From: an uncultured Sphingobacteriales bacterium
GTDB taxonomy: Bacteria > Bacteroidota > Bacteroidia > CAILMK01 > CAYYUA01
Length of the DNA stretch: 64,000 nucleotides
Reading direction: 5' to 3'
NCBI GenBank assembly: GCA_964595485.1
Contig: CAZQQN010000008.1
Location: 15,817 to 79,816 of the forward strand
The notes beneath the pieces are model-generated. The model was not told the origin of the DNA. It worked only from the letters and a program-made list of their open reading frames with translations, and searched no databases. The first letter of the stretch is position 1, and every line of letters begins with the position of its first letter. Shown in pieces: positions 1-8,951 of the stretch. A program made the translations under genes and the position numbers.

Positions 1-30
1 TATCAATGATAACCACTTCATAGCCGGCAT
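1..30 (-). CDS. 5' end of a minus-strand gene running off the window (N-terminus [10 protein letters not shown]...). Probably the next gene of the nucleotide-sugar operon; product unknown.
   Basis: Reverse complement of 1-30 reads ATG CCG GCT ATG AAG TGG TTA TCA TTG ATA. It lies directly downstream of the acetyltransferase on the same strand. Too short to classify. Confidence 0.25.
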   Translation of the reverse strand, partial: MPAMKWLSLI

Positions 31-108
31 TTTGAAGCTCGACTACGGTATGGGAGCCTATGAACCCTGTTCCTCCTGTTACCAGGATTTTTTCATTCCC
101 TGCCATAA

Positions 109-681
109 TTAATCAATCTTTTCTAATCTTTGACCTTTTAAATGGTATAATTGATCACTCTCAGGACATCTTGCCTTGTATTCCTTATCAAATTGAAGGC
201 GGTGACCATATTCGCTCATCCAACCTATATGCCTGGCGGGATTGCCAAGGAACAAGGCATAGTCAGGGATATCATGAGTAATGACAGATCCTGCACCTGC
301 AAACGCATACCGGCCAATGGTAACACCGCAAATTATTGTTGCATTTGCTCCAATGGTAGCCCCTTTTTTAACCAAGGTTTTTACAAACTGATCACCCCTA
401 TTTATAGCACTCCTTGGATTCTTAATGTTGGTAAAAACCATAGACGGTCCCAGAAACACTTCATCCTCACATTCAACCCCAGTATAAAGGGACACATTAT
501 TTTGAATTTTAACCCGGTCACCAATTTTCACATCCTTGCCTACAAATACGTTTTGACCAAGGTTACACTGACCACCAATAGCAGCATTGGTCATGATGTG
601 CGAAAAATGCCAAATATTGGTTTTATCACCAATAGCTGCGCCATTGTCAACCACTGCGGTTTCATGAACAAAGTATCCCAT
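109..681 (-). CDS. Hexapeptide-repeat (left-handed beta-helix) sugar-nucleotide N-acetyltransferase, WbpD/PglD/WxcM-like
   Basis: 190 aa with repeated [LIV]G-x-x-x-x-I hexapeptide pattern ([38 protein letters not shown]). ATG start confirmed at 679-681. Sits in an operon with DegT, ugd and SDR genes. Confidence 0.75.
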   Translation of the reverse strand: MGYFVHETAVVDNGAAIGDKTNIWHFSHIMTNAAIGGQCNLGQNVFVGKDVKIGDRVKIQNNVSLYTGVECEDEVFLGPSMVFTNIKNPRSAINRGDQFVKTLVKKGATIGANATIICGVTIGRYAFAGAGSVITHDIPDYALFLGNPARHIGWMSEYGHRLQFDKEYKARCPESDQLYHLKGQRLEKID

Positions 682-687
682 ATTTGG

Positions 688-1704
688 TCACATATTGGCT
701 TGGGATGCAAATTCCCTGAATTTACGGAAATAGCTTAAGGTTTCATTGAGACCGGCTTTCCGATCCACTTTGGGTTCCCAGTCGAGCAGCTCTTTAGCAA
801 GGGAAATATCCGGTTGACGTTGTTTGGGGTCATTTTCCGGTAAAGCCTTGTAATTAATTTTAGAAGATGACCCTGTTAACTCAATAACTTCTTTTGCAAA
901 TTCTTTAATGGTGATCTCTTTAGGATTACCAATGTTAACCGGCTTTTCATAATCACTCATAAGTAATCGATAAATACCTTCTACCAGGTCATCAACATAG
1001 CAGAAAGAACGGGTTTGCGAACCATCTCCGTAAACAGATAAATCCTCACCCCTAAGAGCTTGACCGATAAAGGTTGGTAAGGCCCTACCATCCTCGAGTC
1101 GCATTCTCGGGCCATAGGTATTAAATATCCTGGCAATACGGGTTTCTATCCCGTGATATTGGTGGTATCCCATTGTTAAAGCTTCCTGAAAGCGTTTGGC
1201 TTCATCGTAAACCCCCCTCGGACCGATGGGATTTACATGGCCCCAGTAGTCCTCACTTTGAGGATGAACCTGGGGATCCCCGTAAACCTCAGAAGTAGAA
1301 GCAACCAGTATCCTTGACCGCTTTTCTTTTGCGAGGCCTAATAAATTATGGGTTCCAAGTGACCCCACTTTCATGGTTTGAATAGGCATTTTTAGGTAAT
1401 CAACCGGACTGGCGGGAGAAGCGAAATGGAGAATGTAATCCAGATGCCCCGGCACATGAACAAATTTGGTTACATCATGCTCGTAATATTCAAAATTTTC
1501 AGCCTTGAAGAGCTCCTCAATATTAGCAATATCGCCCGTCAGCAGGTTATCCATTCCTATGACATGATACCCTTCATTGGCAAAACGGTTACACAAATGC
1601 GAACCTATGAAGCCAGCAGCACCGGTGATTAAAATCCGCTTGCGATCTTTGCCGATATATGGTTCTGAATTTTCTGACAAGTTAAGCAAGGTTTTTAGAT
1701 TCAA
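688..1704 (-). CDS. NAD-dependent epimerase/dehydratase of the UDP-glucuronate decarboxylase (UDP-xylose synthase) type
   Basis: N-terminal Rossmann motif [14 protein letters not shown]. YxxxK catalytic context with STSEVYG and UXS-like C-terminal region. The mapped start at 1704 is TTG, and another in-frame TTG sits at 1680 just after the ugd stop, so the true start is uncertain. Confidence 0.75.
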   Translation of the reverse strand: MNLKTLLNLSENSEPYIGKDRKRILITGAAGFIGSHLCNRFANEGYHVIGMDNLLTGDIANIEELFKAENFEYYEHDVTKFVHVPGHLDYILHFASPASPVDYLKMPIQTMKVGSLGTHNLLGLAKEKRSRILVASTSEVYGDPQVHPQSEDYWGHVNPIGPRGVYDEAKRFQEALTMGYHQYHGIETRIARIFNTYGPRMRLEDGRALPTFIGQALRGEDLSVYGDGSQTRSFCYVDDLVEGIYRLLMSDYEKPVNIGNPKEITIKEFAKEVIELTGSSSKINYKALPENDPKQRQPDISLAKELLDWEPKVDRKAGLNETLSYFRKFREFASQANM

Positions 1705-3013
1705 CTTTTTTGGTTACCCGGCCGATGGATACATAGTAAAAGCCTTTTTCTTCCATTTGATCAGGATTATAAATATTCCTGCCATCAAAGATAGCAGGGT
1801 TTTTCATGTATTTTTTGACGGCATCAAAATCGGGATTCCTGAAAACAGGCCACTCAGTTACTAAAAGCAATGCATCAGCATTGTTAAGCACTTGAAACTC
1901 ATCTTCTCCGTATTCTATCCTATCCCCAATTGAATTTTGTACATTCGGTATGGCTTCCGGATCATACGCCTTAACATTAGCACCTAATTTCAAAAGCTCG
2001 TCTATGATATAAAGAGCTGGAGCTTCCCTGATATCATCTGTATCTGGTTTGAATGCCAAACCCCAAATAGCGATGGTTTTTCCTGACAGGTCTCCATTGA
2101 AATATTCCCGGAGCTTGGGAACTAGTATTGTTTTTTGCTTTTCGTTGATGTTCAGAACCGAATTAAGTATCTGGAAATTATAGCTATGCTCATTGGAGGT
2201 TTTTACCAATGCTTCTACATCCTTAGGAAAACAACTTCCACCAAAACCGATACCCGGAAAAAGGAATCGCTTACCAATCCGGTCATCTGTACCTATCCCT
2301 TTCCGAATCGCATCGACATTCGCTCCGACCTTTTCGCAAAGGTTAGCCACCTCATTCATGAAAGTGATTTTGGTCGCCAGGAAAGCATTTGCTGCATACT
2401 TGGTCATTTCAGCAGAGCGCTCATCCATAAAGATGATAGGGTTACCCTGCCTGATAAAAGGTTGATAGAGCGTATCCATGATTTCTCGGGCCTTATCGGA
2501 ATTGGTGCCGATAACAACACGGTCAGGTTTCATAAAATCATCAACTGCATGACCTTCCCTTAAAAATTCAGGATTTGAAACAACATCAAATTCACTATTG
2601 GCATTGCCAGCAATGGTTTCCCTTACTTTGTCAGCCGTACCAACCGGCACAGTACTTTTATCAACAATAACGGTGTAATCTTCTAAAAGGTGACCAAGAT
2701 CTCTGCTTACTTTCAACACATACTGAAGATCGGCTGAACCATCTTCTCCCGGGGGCGTTGGTAAAGCCAGAAAGATAACTTTTGCATCTTTGACACCTTC
2801 CTCAAGGCTTGTAGTGAATTGAAGCCTTTCTTGCTCTATATTCCTCGAAAATAAAGTCTCAAGGCCCGGTTCATAAATAGGAATCTCTCCATCCTTCATT
2901 TTACGAACCTTATCCTCGTCAATGTCTACACAGGTAACGTTATTACCCGTTTCCGCAAAACAAGTACCGGTTACTAACCCTACATAGCCGGTTCCAATAA
3001 CTGCAATTTTCAT
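1682..3013 (-). CDS. ugd: UDP-glucose 6-dehydrogenase (or related UDP-sugar 6-dehydrogenase)
   Basis: [19 protein letters not shown]-binding N-terminus and a GGSCFPKD catalytic-Cys motif. 443 aa is the typical length. Confidence 0.85.
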   Translation of the reverse strand: MKIAVIGTGYVGLVTGTCFAETGNNVTCVDIDEDKVRKMKDGEIPIYEPGLETLFSRNIEQERLQFTTSLEEGVKDAKVIFLALPTPPGEDGSADLQYVLKVSRDLGHLLEDYTVIVDKSTVPVGTADKVRETIAGNANSEFDVVSNPEFLREGHAVDDFMKPDRVVIGTNSDKAREIMDTLYQPFIRQGNPIIFMDERSAEMTKYAANAFLATKITFMNEVANLCEKVGANVDAIRKGIGTDDRIGKRFLFPGIGFGGSCFPKDVEALVKTSNEHSYNFQILNSVLNINEKQKTILVPKLREYFNGDLSGKTIAIWGLAFKPDTDDIREAPALYIIDELLKLGANVKAYDPEAIPNVQNSIGDRIEYGEDEFQVLNNADALLLVTEWPVFRNPDFDAVKKYMKNPAIFDGRNIYNPDQMEEKGFYYVSIGRVTKKVESKNLA

Positions 3014-3042
3014 TTGTTCGGTCTTTTTGATAATTTCAGAAA

Positions 3043-4170
3043 TTACGCTTTCTCATATTGTTGGATGACCTCAATTATATACCTGATATCTTCACTTTTT
3101 ATTTCCGGATAGATTGGCAAAGATAAAACCTCTCGACTAATTCTAAGCGAATTGGAATAATTATTATTTTTTGCCTGATCTTTCCTATAAATGGGATGCT
3201 CGTGAATCGCAGCCGGGTAAAAAACCTTGGTAGGTATCCCTTTTTCTGCTAAGTATTGTTTCAGGTCGTCCCTGAGGTCAGGCTTTACCCGCAGGGTATA
3301 TTGCTGATAAACATGTCTTCCATAAGGCTTATTCTCCGGGATTTTTATGGTAGTTAGAGAGCTTAAGCCCTGATCATACTGGTCGGCTACAAATTGCCGA
3401 GATTGGTTATACAAGTCGAGGTAAGGTAGTTTAACATTCAATATCGCTGCCTGGATAGTATCTAACCTTGAGTTCATACCCAAATAATCGTATGTATATG
3501 GTTTTGACATACCATGCTGCTTCAAACTTCTTAACTTTTCGGCCAAATCTGCATCATTGGTAATAAGAGCACCGCCATCCCCCATGCAACCCAAATTTTT
3601 AACCGGAAAAAATGATGTGCAACCTATCTTGCCAATAGTACCTGCTTTAAACTTAGTGTGTTGCCAGTAATAATCAGCACCTAAAGCTTGTGCTACATCC
3701 TCGATCACGTAAAGGTGATAGTCTTCTGCAATAGCCATAACCTCTTCCATTGGTGCACATTGCCCAAACAAATGAACCGGAATAATGGCCCATGTATTTT
3801 CTGAAATAGCACTTCGGACAGCTGTGGGATCAATGTTGAAGGTGTCTGGATCAATGTCTACCAGTACAGGTTTTAAACCTAACACTTTAACCACTTCAGC
3901 CGTGGATATGAAGCTAAAATCAGGGATGATTACCTCAGCTCCGCCTGGTATATCAAGCCCCATTAATGCTAATTGTAATGCATCGGTTCCATTTCCGCAC
4001 CCTATGACAGCCTCCGCACCTAAATAATTAGCCAAAGACTCCTCAAACTCTCTTACTTCAGGGCCATTGATAAACTTTCCACTGTCAATCACCTGGTTAA
4101 CAGCTGCATTGAGTTCCTCTTTTATTTCCCTGTGCTGGGCATTGATATCAACTAATGGAATACTGGCCAT
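3043..4170 (-). CDS. DegT/DnrJ/EryC1/StrS-family PLP-dependent sugar aminotransferase
   Basis: 375 aa, family-typical layout with GCTSFFPVKNLGCMGDGGA around the PLP lysine. First gene of a minus-strand nucleotide-sugar operon. Confidence 0.85.
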   Translation of the reverse strand: MASIPLVDINAQHREIKEELNAAVNQVIDSGKFINGPEVREFEESLANYLGAEAVIGCGNGTDALQLALMGLDIPGGAEVIIPDFSFISTAEVVKVLGLKPVLVDIDPDTFNIDPTAVRSAISENTWAIIPVHLFGQCAPMEEVMAIAEDYHLYVIEDVAQALGADYYWQHTKFKAGTIGKIGCTSFFPVKNLGCMGDGGALITNDADLAEKLRSLKQHGMSKPYTYDYLGMNSRLDTIQAAILNVKLPYLDLYNQSRQFVADQYDQGLSSLTTIKIPENKPYGRHVYQQYTLRVKPDLRDDLKQYLAEKGIPTKVFYPAAIHEHPIYRKDQAKNNNYSNSLRISREVLSLPIYPEIKSEDIRYIIEVIQQYEKA

Positions 4171-4197
4171 TCAAAAATTTATTCTAATTCAGGAAAA

Positions 4198-4229
4198 CGC
4201 TGCAAATATAACCTAAAAATAATGCAGCG
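4198..4229. promoter_or_regulatory. Inverted repeat CGCTGCA-N18-TGCAGCG in the divergent promoter region between the DegT operon and the P5C dehydrogenase gene
   Basis: 7-bp perfect arms at 4198-4204 and 4223-4229. Confidence 0.25.
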
Positions 4230-4290
4230 AAAGGTTCTAAGATTCCCAAAAAAGGGCAGATATTGTATTAGGCTTTTGGATTCTGGGGTT

Positions 4291-4298
4291 GTATATTT
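4291..4298 (+). promoter_or_regulatory. Candidate Bacteroidota -7 promoter element TATATTTG for the P5C dehydrogenase gene
   Basis: Matches the TAnnTTTG consensus. About 30 nt upstream of the ATG at 4329. Confidence 0.35.
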
Positions 4299-4328
4299 GC
4301 AGGTCTGATGAATCAAAAACACTAAATT

Positions 4329-5960
4329 ATGGCAGATGGATTATTTAAAGTAGAACCACCGAAAAATGAGGAATTTTACTCCTATGCACCAGGTACACAG
4401 GACCGCGAAGACCTGAAACAGGAGATTGCTAAATGCTATAAAGAAGTGCGGGAAATTCCGATGGTTATCAATGGCGAGTCTGTCAAAACCAATAACATAG
4501 TAGAATACCGCCCCCCTCATCGACTAAACCAGGTAATTGCCAATTGCCATTATGGAGGTCAAAAAGAAGTTAACCAAGCCATAGAAGCTGCCTTAGCTGC
4601 AAAAGAGGAATGGCGTAAAACACCCTGGGAACATAGGGCGGCCATATTCCTGAAAGCGGCAGACCTTATACAAGGGCCTTACCGTAAGAAAATGAATGCA
4701 GCCACAATGGTTGGGCAATCCAAAAACCCCCATCAAGCAGAAATTGAGTCAGTAGCTGAATTGATCGATTTCTTGAAATTCAATGCCTACAATGCTCAAA
4801 TGATCTATGAGGACCAGGCAGTGAACGGTAAGTGGATGTGGAATAGGTTAGATTACAGGCCGCTTGAGGGATTTGTTTATGCTGTTACCCCCTTCAACTT
4901 TACCGCTATAAGTTGCAACCTTCCCTCTGCACCTGCTTTAATGGGTAATACCGTAGTTTGGAAACCTTCTGATAAGCAGGTTTATTCGGCCAATGTGATC
5001 ATGGAAGTTTTTGAAAAAGCTGGCCTTCCGCCGGGGGTCATTAACATGGTACTTGCTGACCCTAAAGAGGCAACCGATGCCTGTATGGAACACCCGGATT
5101 TTGCGGGATTGCATTATACCGGCTCGAATGGGGTTTTGAAAAGCCTTTGGAAAAAAACCGGTGAAAATCTCGAAAAGTATAAATCATTCCCGAGAATTGT
5201 CGGGGAAGCAGGCGGAAAAGACTTCCTCGTTATGCATGAATCCGCTGATATAGATGAAACAGCTACTGCCCTTACTCGAGGAGCTTTTGAATACCAGGGC
5301 CAGAAATGCTCGGCTGTCTCCCGTGCCTATATACCATCGAATCGTTGGGAAGAAGTCAAAAACCGTCTTGAGAAAGATATTAATTCATTAAAGATGGGAG
5401 ATGTAGAGGACTTTACAAATTTCATCAATGCGGTTATTGATGAAAATGCTTTTGAAAAGCATAAAAATGCCATCGATCAGGCTAAACAGGATGATAATGC
5501 TGAGATCATTTTTGGCGGAAATTGCGACAAATCTGTCGGCTACTTTGTAGAGCCAACGGTCATCCTCACTTCAGATCCGCACTACACTACTATGGAAAAT
5601 GAGCTATTCGGCCCTATTCTAACCATTTACGTTTACGATGAGCAAAAATTTGAAGAAACCCTTGAACTGGTAGACAATACTTCTATTTATGGTTTAACAG
5701 GGGCTATAATGGCCAAGGACAGGGATGCCATTAGGTTAGCATCCGAAAAATTGGAAGATGCAGCCGGGAATTTCTACATCAATGATAAACCAACCGGCTC
5801 AGTAGTAGGCCAACAGCCGTTTGGTGGTGCGCGGCAATCTGGAACCAATGATAAAGCAGGTTCTTATCTTAACCTCACACGGTGGATCTCAACCAGGGCT
5901 ATCAAAGAAACTTTTGTAACGCCCAAGGATTACCGGTATCCTTTCCAGCAGGATAAATAA
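4329..5960 (+). CDS. pruA: 1-pyrroline-5-carboxylate dehydrogenase (L-glutamate gamma-semialdehyde dehydrogenase), aldehyde dehydrogenase family
   Basis: 543 aa; ALDH core with FTGSNGV, catalytic region EAGGKDF and Cys in GQKCSA. This is the length class of stand-alone P5CDH. Confidence 0.8.
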   Translation: MADGLFKVEPPKNEEFYSYAPGTQDREDLKQEIAKCYKEVREIPMVINGESVKTNNIVEYRPPHRLNQVIANCHYGGQKEVNQAIEAALAAKEEWRKTPWEHRAAIFLKAADLIQGPYRKKMNAATMVGQSKNPHQAEIESVAELIDFLKFNAYNAQMIYEDQAVNGKWMWNRLDYRPLEGFVYAVTPFNFTAISCNLPSAPALMGNTVVWKPSDKQVYSANVIMEVFEKAGLPPGVINMVLADPKEATDACMEHPDFAGLHYTGSNGVLKSLWKKTGENLEKYKSFPRIVGEAGGKDFLVMHESADIDETATALTRGAFEYQGQKCSAVSRAYIPSNRWEEVKNRLEKDINSLKMGDVEDFTNFINAVIDENAFEKHKNAIDQAKQDDNAEIIFGGNCDKSVGYFVEPTVILTSDPHYTTMENELFGPILTIYVYDEQKFEETLELVDNTSIYGLTGAIMAKDRDAIRLASEKLEDAAGNFYINDKPTGSVVGQQPFGGARQSGTNDKAGSYLNLTRWISTRAIKETFVTPKDYRYPFQQDK

Positions 5961-5987
5961 AGCCGTAGCATCCAATTCGTATTCTTA

Positions 5988-6015
5988 ATCCGCCCTTATT
6001 CGGGCGGATTTTTTA
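5988..6015 (+). terminator. Rho-independent terminator after pruA
   Basis: ATCCGCCC / GGGCGGAT 8-bp GC-rich stem with a 6-nt loop, followed by a T-run. Confidence 0.65.
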
Positions 6016-6168
6016 TAGGCTAATATGGCCCTACTAATTCTTAAAGGAGATTTGCAGAAACCTAAAAAAGTGCAATATATGATAGTGATCAGGAAAGACT
6101 GATGATTTATTTAAAGGAGTGAGCTAAAGGATAAGCCTTAATTGAATAAAAATGACCTGACTTTTAAA

Positions 6169-7029
6169 CTAAAGATACGTTTTAAGACGGGTAAGCTTTT
6201 TGGATTTTTTGAGCTTTTTAATGGCTTTATCTCTAATTTGCCTCACCCTTTCGCGGGTTAAATCAATTTTATTACCAATTTCCTCAAGGGATAATTCTTG
6301 GTTACCATTAATGCCAAAGTAGTAAATAAGAACCTTTTTTTCTTTCTCGCTTAAATAGTTTAACACCATTCTCAGCTCCTCCTGCAGGGATTCATTCATT
6401 AAACTATTATCCGGCGCTGGTTCATCTTTATTTTTCATGATGTTCAGAAGGGTGTTTTCTTCATCTTCAGAAAAAGGAGCATCAACTGAAATATGCCCAC
6501 CTGAACCTTTAAGGGTTTCCCTAACCGTTTCCTGGGGAAGATCCAGGTTCCCTGCTATTTCTTCCTCTGAGGGTGTTCGTTCATTTTTTTGCTCAAATTC
6601 TGAAGAAACCTTGTTAATCTTAGTGAGCTCACCAATTCTGTTTAGGGGCATACGGACAAGCCGGCCATTTTCTGCCATTGCTTGTAAAATAGATTGGCGA
6701 ATCCACCAAACTGCATAAGATATGAACTTAAAACCTCTTGTTTCATCAAATCGCTGTGCAGCTTTGATCAGCCCGAGATTTCCTTCATTTATGAGATCTC
6801 CCAGGGTTAACCCTTGATTTTGATATTGCTTTGATACAGATACAACAAACCGAAGGTTAGCCTTTACTAACCGCTCGAGTGCCTGTTCATCGCCTTGCTT
6901 AATCCTTCTCGCAAGTTCAACCTCCTCATTGGCATCAACCATTTCGATAGAACTAATCTCCGATAAATACTTATCAAGGGATTTGGTTTCCCGGTTGGTT
7001 ATTTGTTTTGTAATCTTTAGTTGTCTCAT
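6169..7029 (-). CDS. rpoD: Primary RNA polymerase sigma factor (sigma-70/RpoD, short Bacteroidota form)
   Basis: 286 aa. Region 2 (DLINEGNLGLIKAAQRFD, YAVWWIRQSI), region 3 and region 4 (EIGNKIDLTRERVRQIRDKAIKKL) are all recognisable. Confidence 0.85.
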   Translation of the reverse strand: MRQLKITKQITNRETKSLDKYLSEISSIEMVDANEEVELARRIKQGDEQALERLVKANLRFVVSVSKQYQNQGLTLGDLINEGNLGLIKAAQRFDETRGFKFISYAVWWIRQSILQAMAENGRLVRMPLNRIGELTKINKVSSEFEQKNERTPSEEEIAGNLDLPQETVRETLKGSGGHISVDAPFSEDEENTLLNIMKNKDEPAPDNSLMNESLQEELRMVLNYLSEKEKKVLIYYFGINGNQELSLEEIGNKIDLTRERVRQIRDKAIKKLKKSKKLTRLKTYL

Positions 7030-7421
7030 AAAGAGCCTTTTTATTAAGAAAACATAATCTGCAAATCTGGTTAAAAAACCCTAAGCCAACGAGACCTGAT
7101 CAAGTGCGTCTAAACCATTTTATCAAACATTTTATTAAAAAATATCCTTCCTTTATTTAGAATAAAAAAAGGATCCAATGAATACGCAATTTAAAAAATG
7201 CAAGATAAAAACAAAACAATGGGAAAAGTGACTAGCAATAGAAAACTTGCTATAAAGCTTATAAAAACTGTATAATGGGAAACGTGGCTGATTTATTAAA
7301 TTTTAAAAAACTTGGATTAAGGGTGTAAAATTTGTTCTTATAGAGGAAAAGCTGCGATAAGAATGAGCTAAAATGCTGTCTAAAATGCCAAAAGAAATTT
7401 TTTGAATTCTCTGTTTAGCCG

Positions 7422-7895
7422 TTAGTTATTAACAATTTTATCAGCGCAATAAGAGCTGGCGAATGCTTCTGGTTTTGCCTTAAAAACAAAGCCCATGCTG
7501 AGAATATACCCCATTGCTTCACTTAAAGCCGAGTTGGATTTGAAATAGGGATTGGTATTAATATCTGCATGCACTTCCAGGTCAACATCGTACTGTTCTA
7601 AAAGGTCACATAAATCATAGGCCGTTTCGATTGACTTTGTAACCTCATCCAGCATTCGCTCTTTTACGGTTTGCTCTTTATCGGTTTGCTCTGTGTGAAT
7701 AAACATAAAACCGCCCCTATATTCCCTTAGAAATACAATAACCGTAGCGTACTCGGTTACATAGGTTCTTTCAAGGGAATCTGTACCAATACAAACCTTC
7801 AGGTTATGTCCAGCTTCGGTTTCTGTTTTTATGGTATTTTCCACTTCTTCCTTGATGGGGGATGAAATTTTTTCACCGTTAAATCTTTTCCACAT
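7422..7895 (-). CDS. DUF458/YkuK-like RNase H-fold protein of unknown function
   Basis: 157 aa; VCIGTDS ... D/E-containing core typical of YkuK-like proteins. Orphan gene flanked by about 380 nt of noncoding AT-rich DNA on each side. Confidence 0.45.
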   Translation of the reverse strand: MWKRFNGEKISSPIKEEVENTIKTETEAGHNLKVCIGTDSLERTYVTEYATVIVFLREYRGGFMFIHTEQTDKEQTVKERMLDEVTKSIETAYDLCDLLEQYDVDLEVHADINTNPYFKSNSALSEAMGYILSMGFVFKAKPEAFASSYCADKIVNN

Positions 7896-7976
7896 AGGGC
7901 TAAGTTTAATGAATGTTAATAACTGATGCTAATCTATGTAAATCATTTTGCATTTGTGACTTCCGCTATTTTAAAA

Positions 7977-7998
7977 TTTCCACATCATATTGTGGAAA
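7977..7998. promoter_or_regulatory. Perfect palindrome TTTCCACA-tcatat-TGTGGAAA about 80 nt upstream of the DUF458 gene start
   Basis: 8-bp perfect inverted arms around a 6-bp AT-rich spacer, consistent with a dimeric transcription-factor operator. Confidence 0.35.
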
Positions 7999-8270
7999 AA
8001 AGGTTAAAAGCATTATTAACACTAAAAATCTATAATTGATTATTAAGTATAGCTTTTCAAATTTTTTTCGCCTACGAAAGATTAAATGACTTATTGCCAC
8101 TGACAAAACTCACCAATTTCAATCAGCTTTTCATTTCGAAATCTTAAAATTATTATTACACTACTTATACTTACACCGTAGGTAACGGTAAAAAACCATT
8201 TGGCGTTGTTTGAAATTATTTATTACCCCTTAATTTTGAGTCTATCTTACTAAGTTAACCGTACCAAAAT

Positions 8271-8846
8271 ATGGCCAAAGACCCAGAGTATTTTCGCTTC
8301 GTAATTAAAAACACCATCCGCGGTCTTGTCTATTTCTCAGTGATGGTTGCGCTTTTTATTATTATCAAACTTTGGATGCCCGAAAACTGGAAAGCTATAT
8401 TGGCCCCAATTACTGATAGCCCGGCATTAGTCTACCTTGTGTTTTTTGGATCAGAAACCTTTTTCGGCATAATACCTCCCGAATTTTTCATAATGTGGGC
8501 GGTGAAAAGCCCCCTTGATATCTACATTCTACAGGTAACATTGTTTTCCCTGTTATCCTTTATGGGTGCCTTTATAGCATTTTTTGTTGGAAAAAAAATT
8601 AAAAATGGTGGGTTTTATGACAGGCTTTTGCAAAGCCGTTTTAGTAAATATGTGGGTTATTATCAGCGTTATGGGGGTGTTATCATTATCCTCTCTGGTT
8701 TAACACCTTTACCTTTTGCTACCATCAGTCTGATTAGCGCAACGCTCGGCTTTAAGTTTAGTCGTTATTGCCTTTTTGCTTTGACCCGTTTTATCCGTTT
8801 CTTGATTTATGGCTATGTTTTTTGGCAGGGAGAAGGCTATTTCTAA
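8271..8846 (+). CDS. Small polytopic membrane protein (DedA/YqaA-like)
   Basis: 191 aa with 4-5 hydrophobic helices. No catalytic motif recognised. Confidence 0.45.
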   Translation: MAKDPEYFRFVIKNTIRGLVYFSVMVALFIIIKLWMPENWKAILAPITDSPALVYLVFFGSETFFGIIPPEFFIMWAVKSPLDIYILQVTLFSLLSFMGAFIAFFVGKKIKNGGFYDRLLQSRFSKYVGYYQRYGGVIIILSGLTPLPFATISLISATLGFKFSRYCLFALTRFIRFLIYGYVFWQGEGYF

Positions 8847-8951
8847 ACTGTCTTGTAATGCCAAGGGAAGAAAAATGTTTTAATAAGGCACCATTGCGGT
8901 AGGAGCTAATGAGTTCATAACTTGTTGGTTTAAACAATCAAAACGTTATTA

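Noticed and set aside
60-738. ORFs 60-281(+) and 151-738(+) of 73 and 195 aa
   Set aside because: They lie entirely antisense to the well-supported hexapeptide acetyltransferase gene and have low-complexity composition with no motifs. They are shadow ORFs.
6437-6718. 93-aa plus-strand ORF inside rpoD
   Set aside because: It is antisense to a highly conserved sigma-70 coding region and is a shadow ORF.
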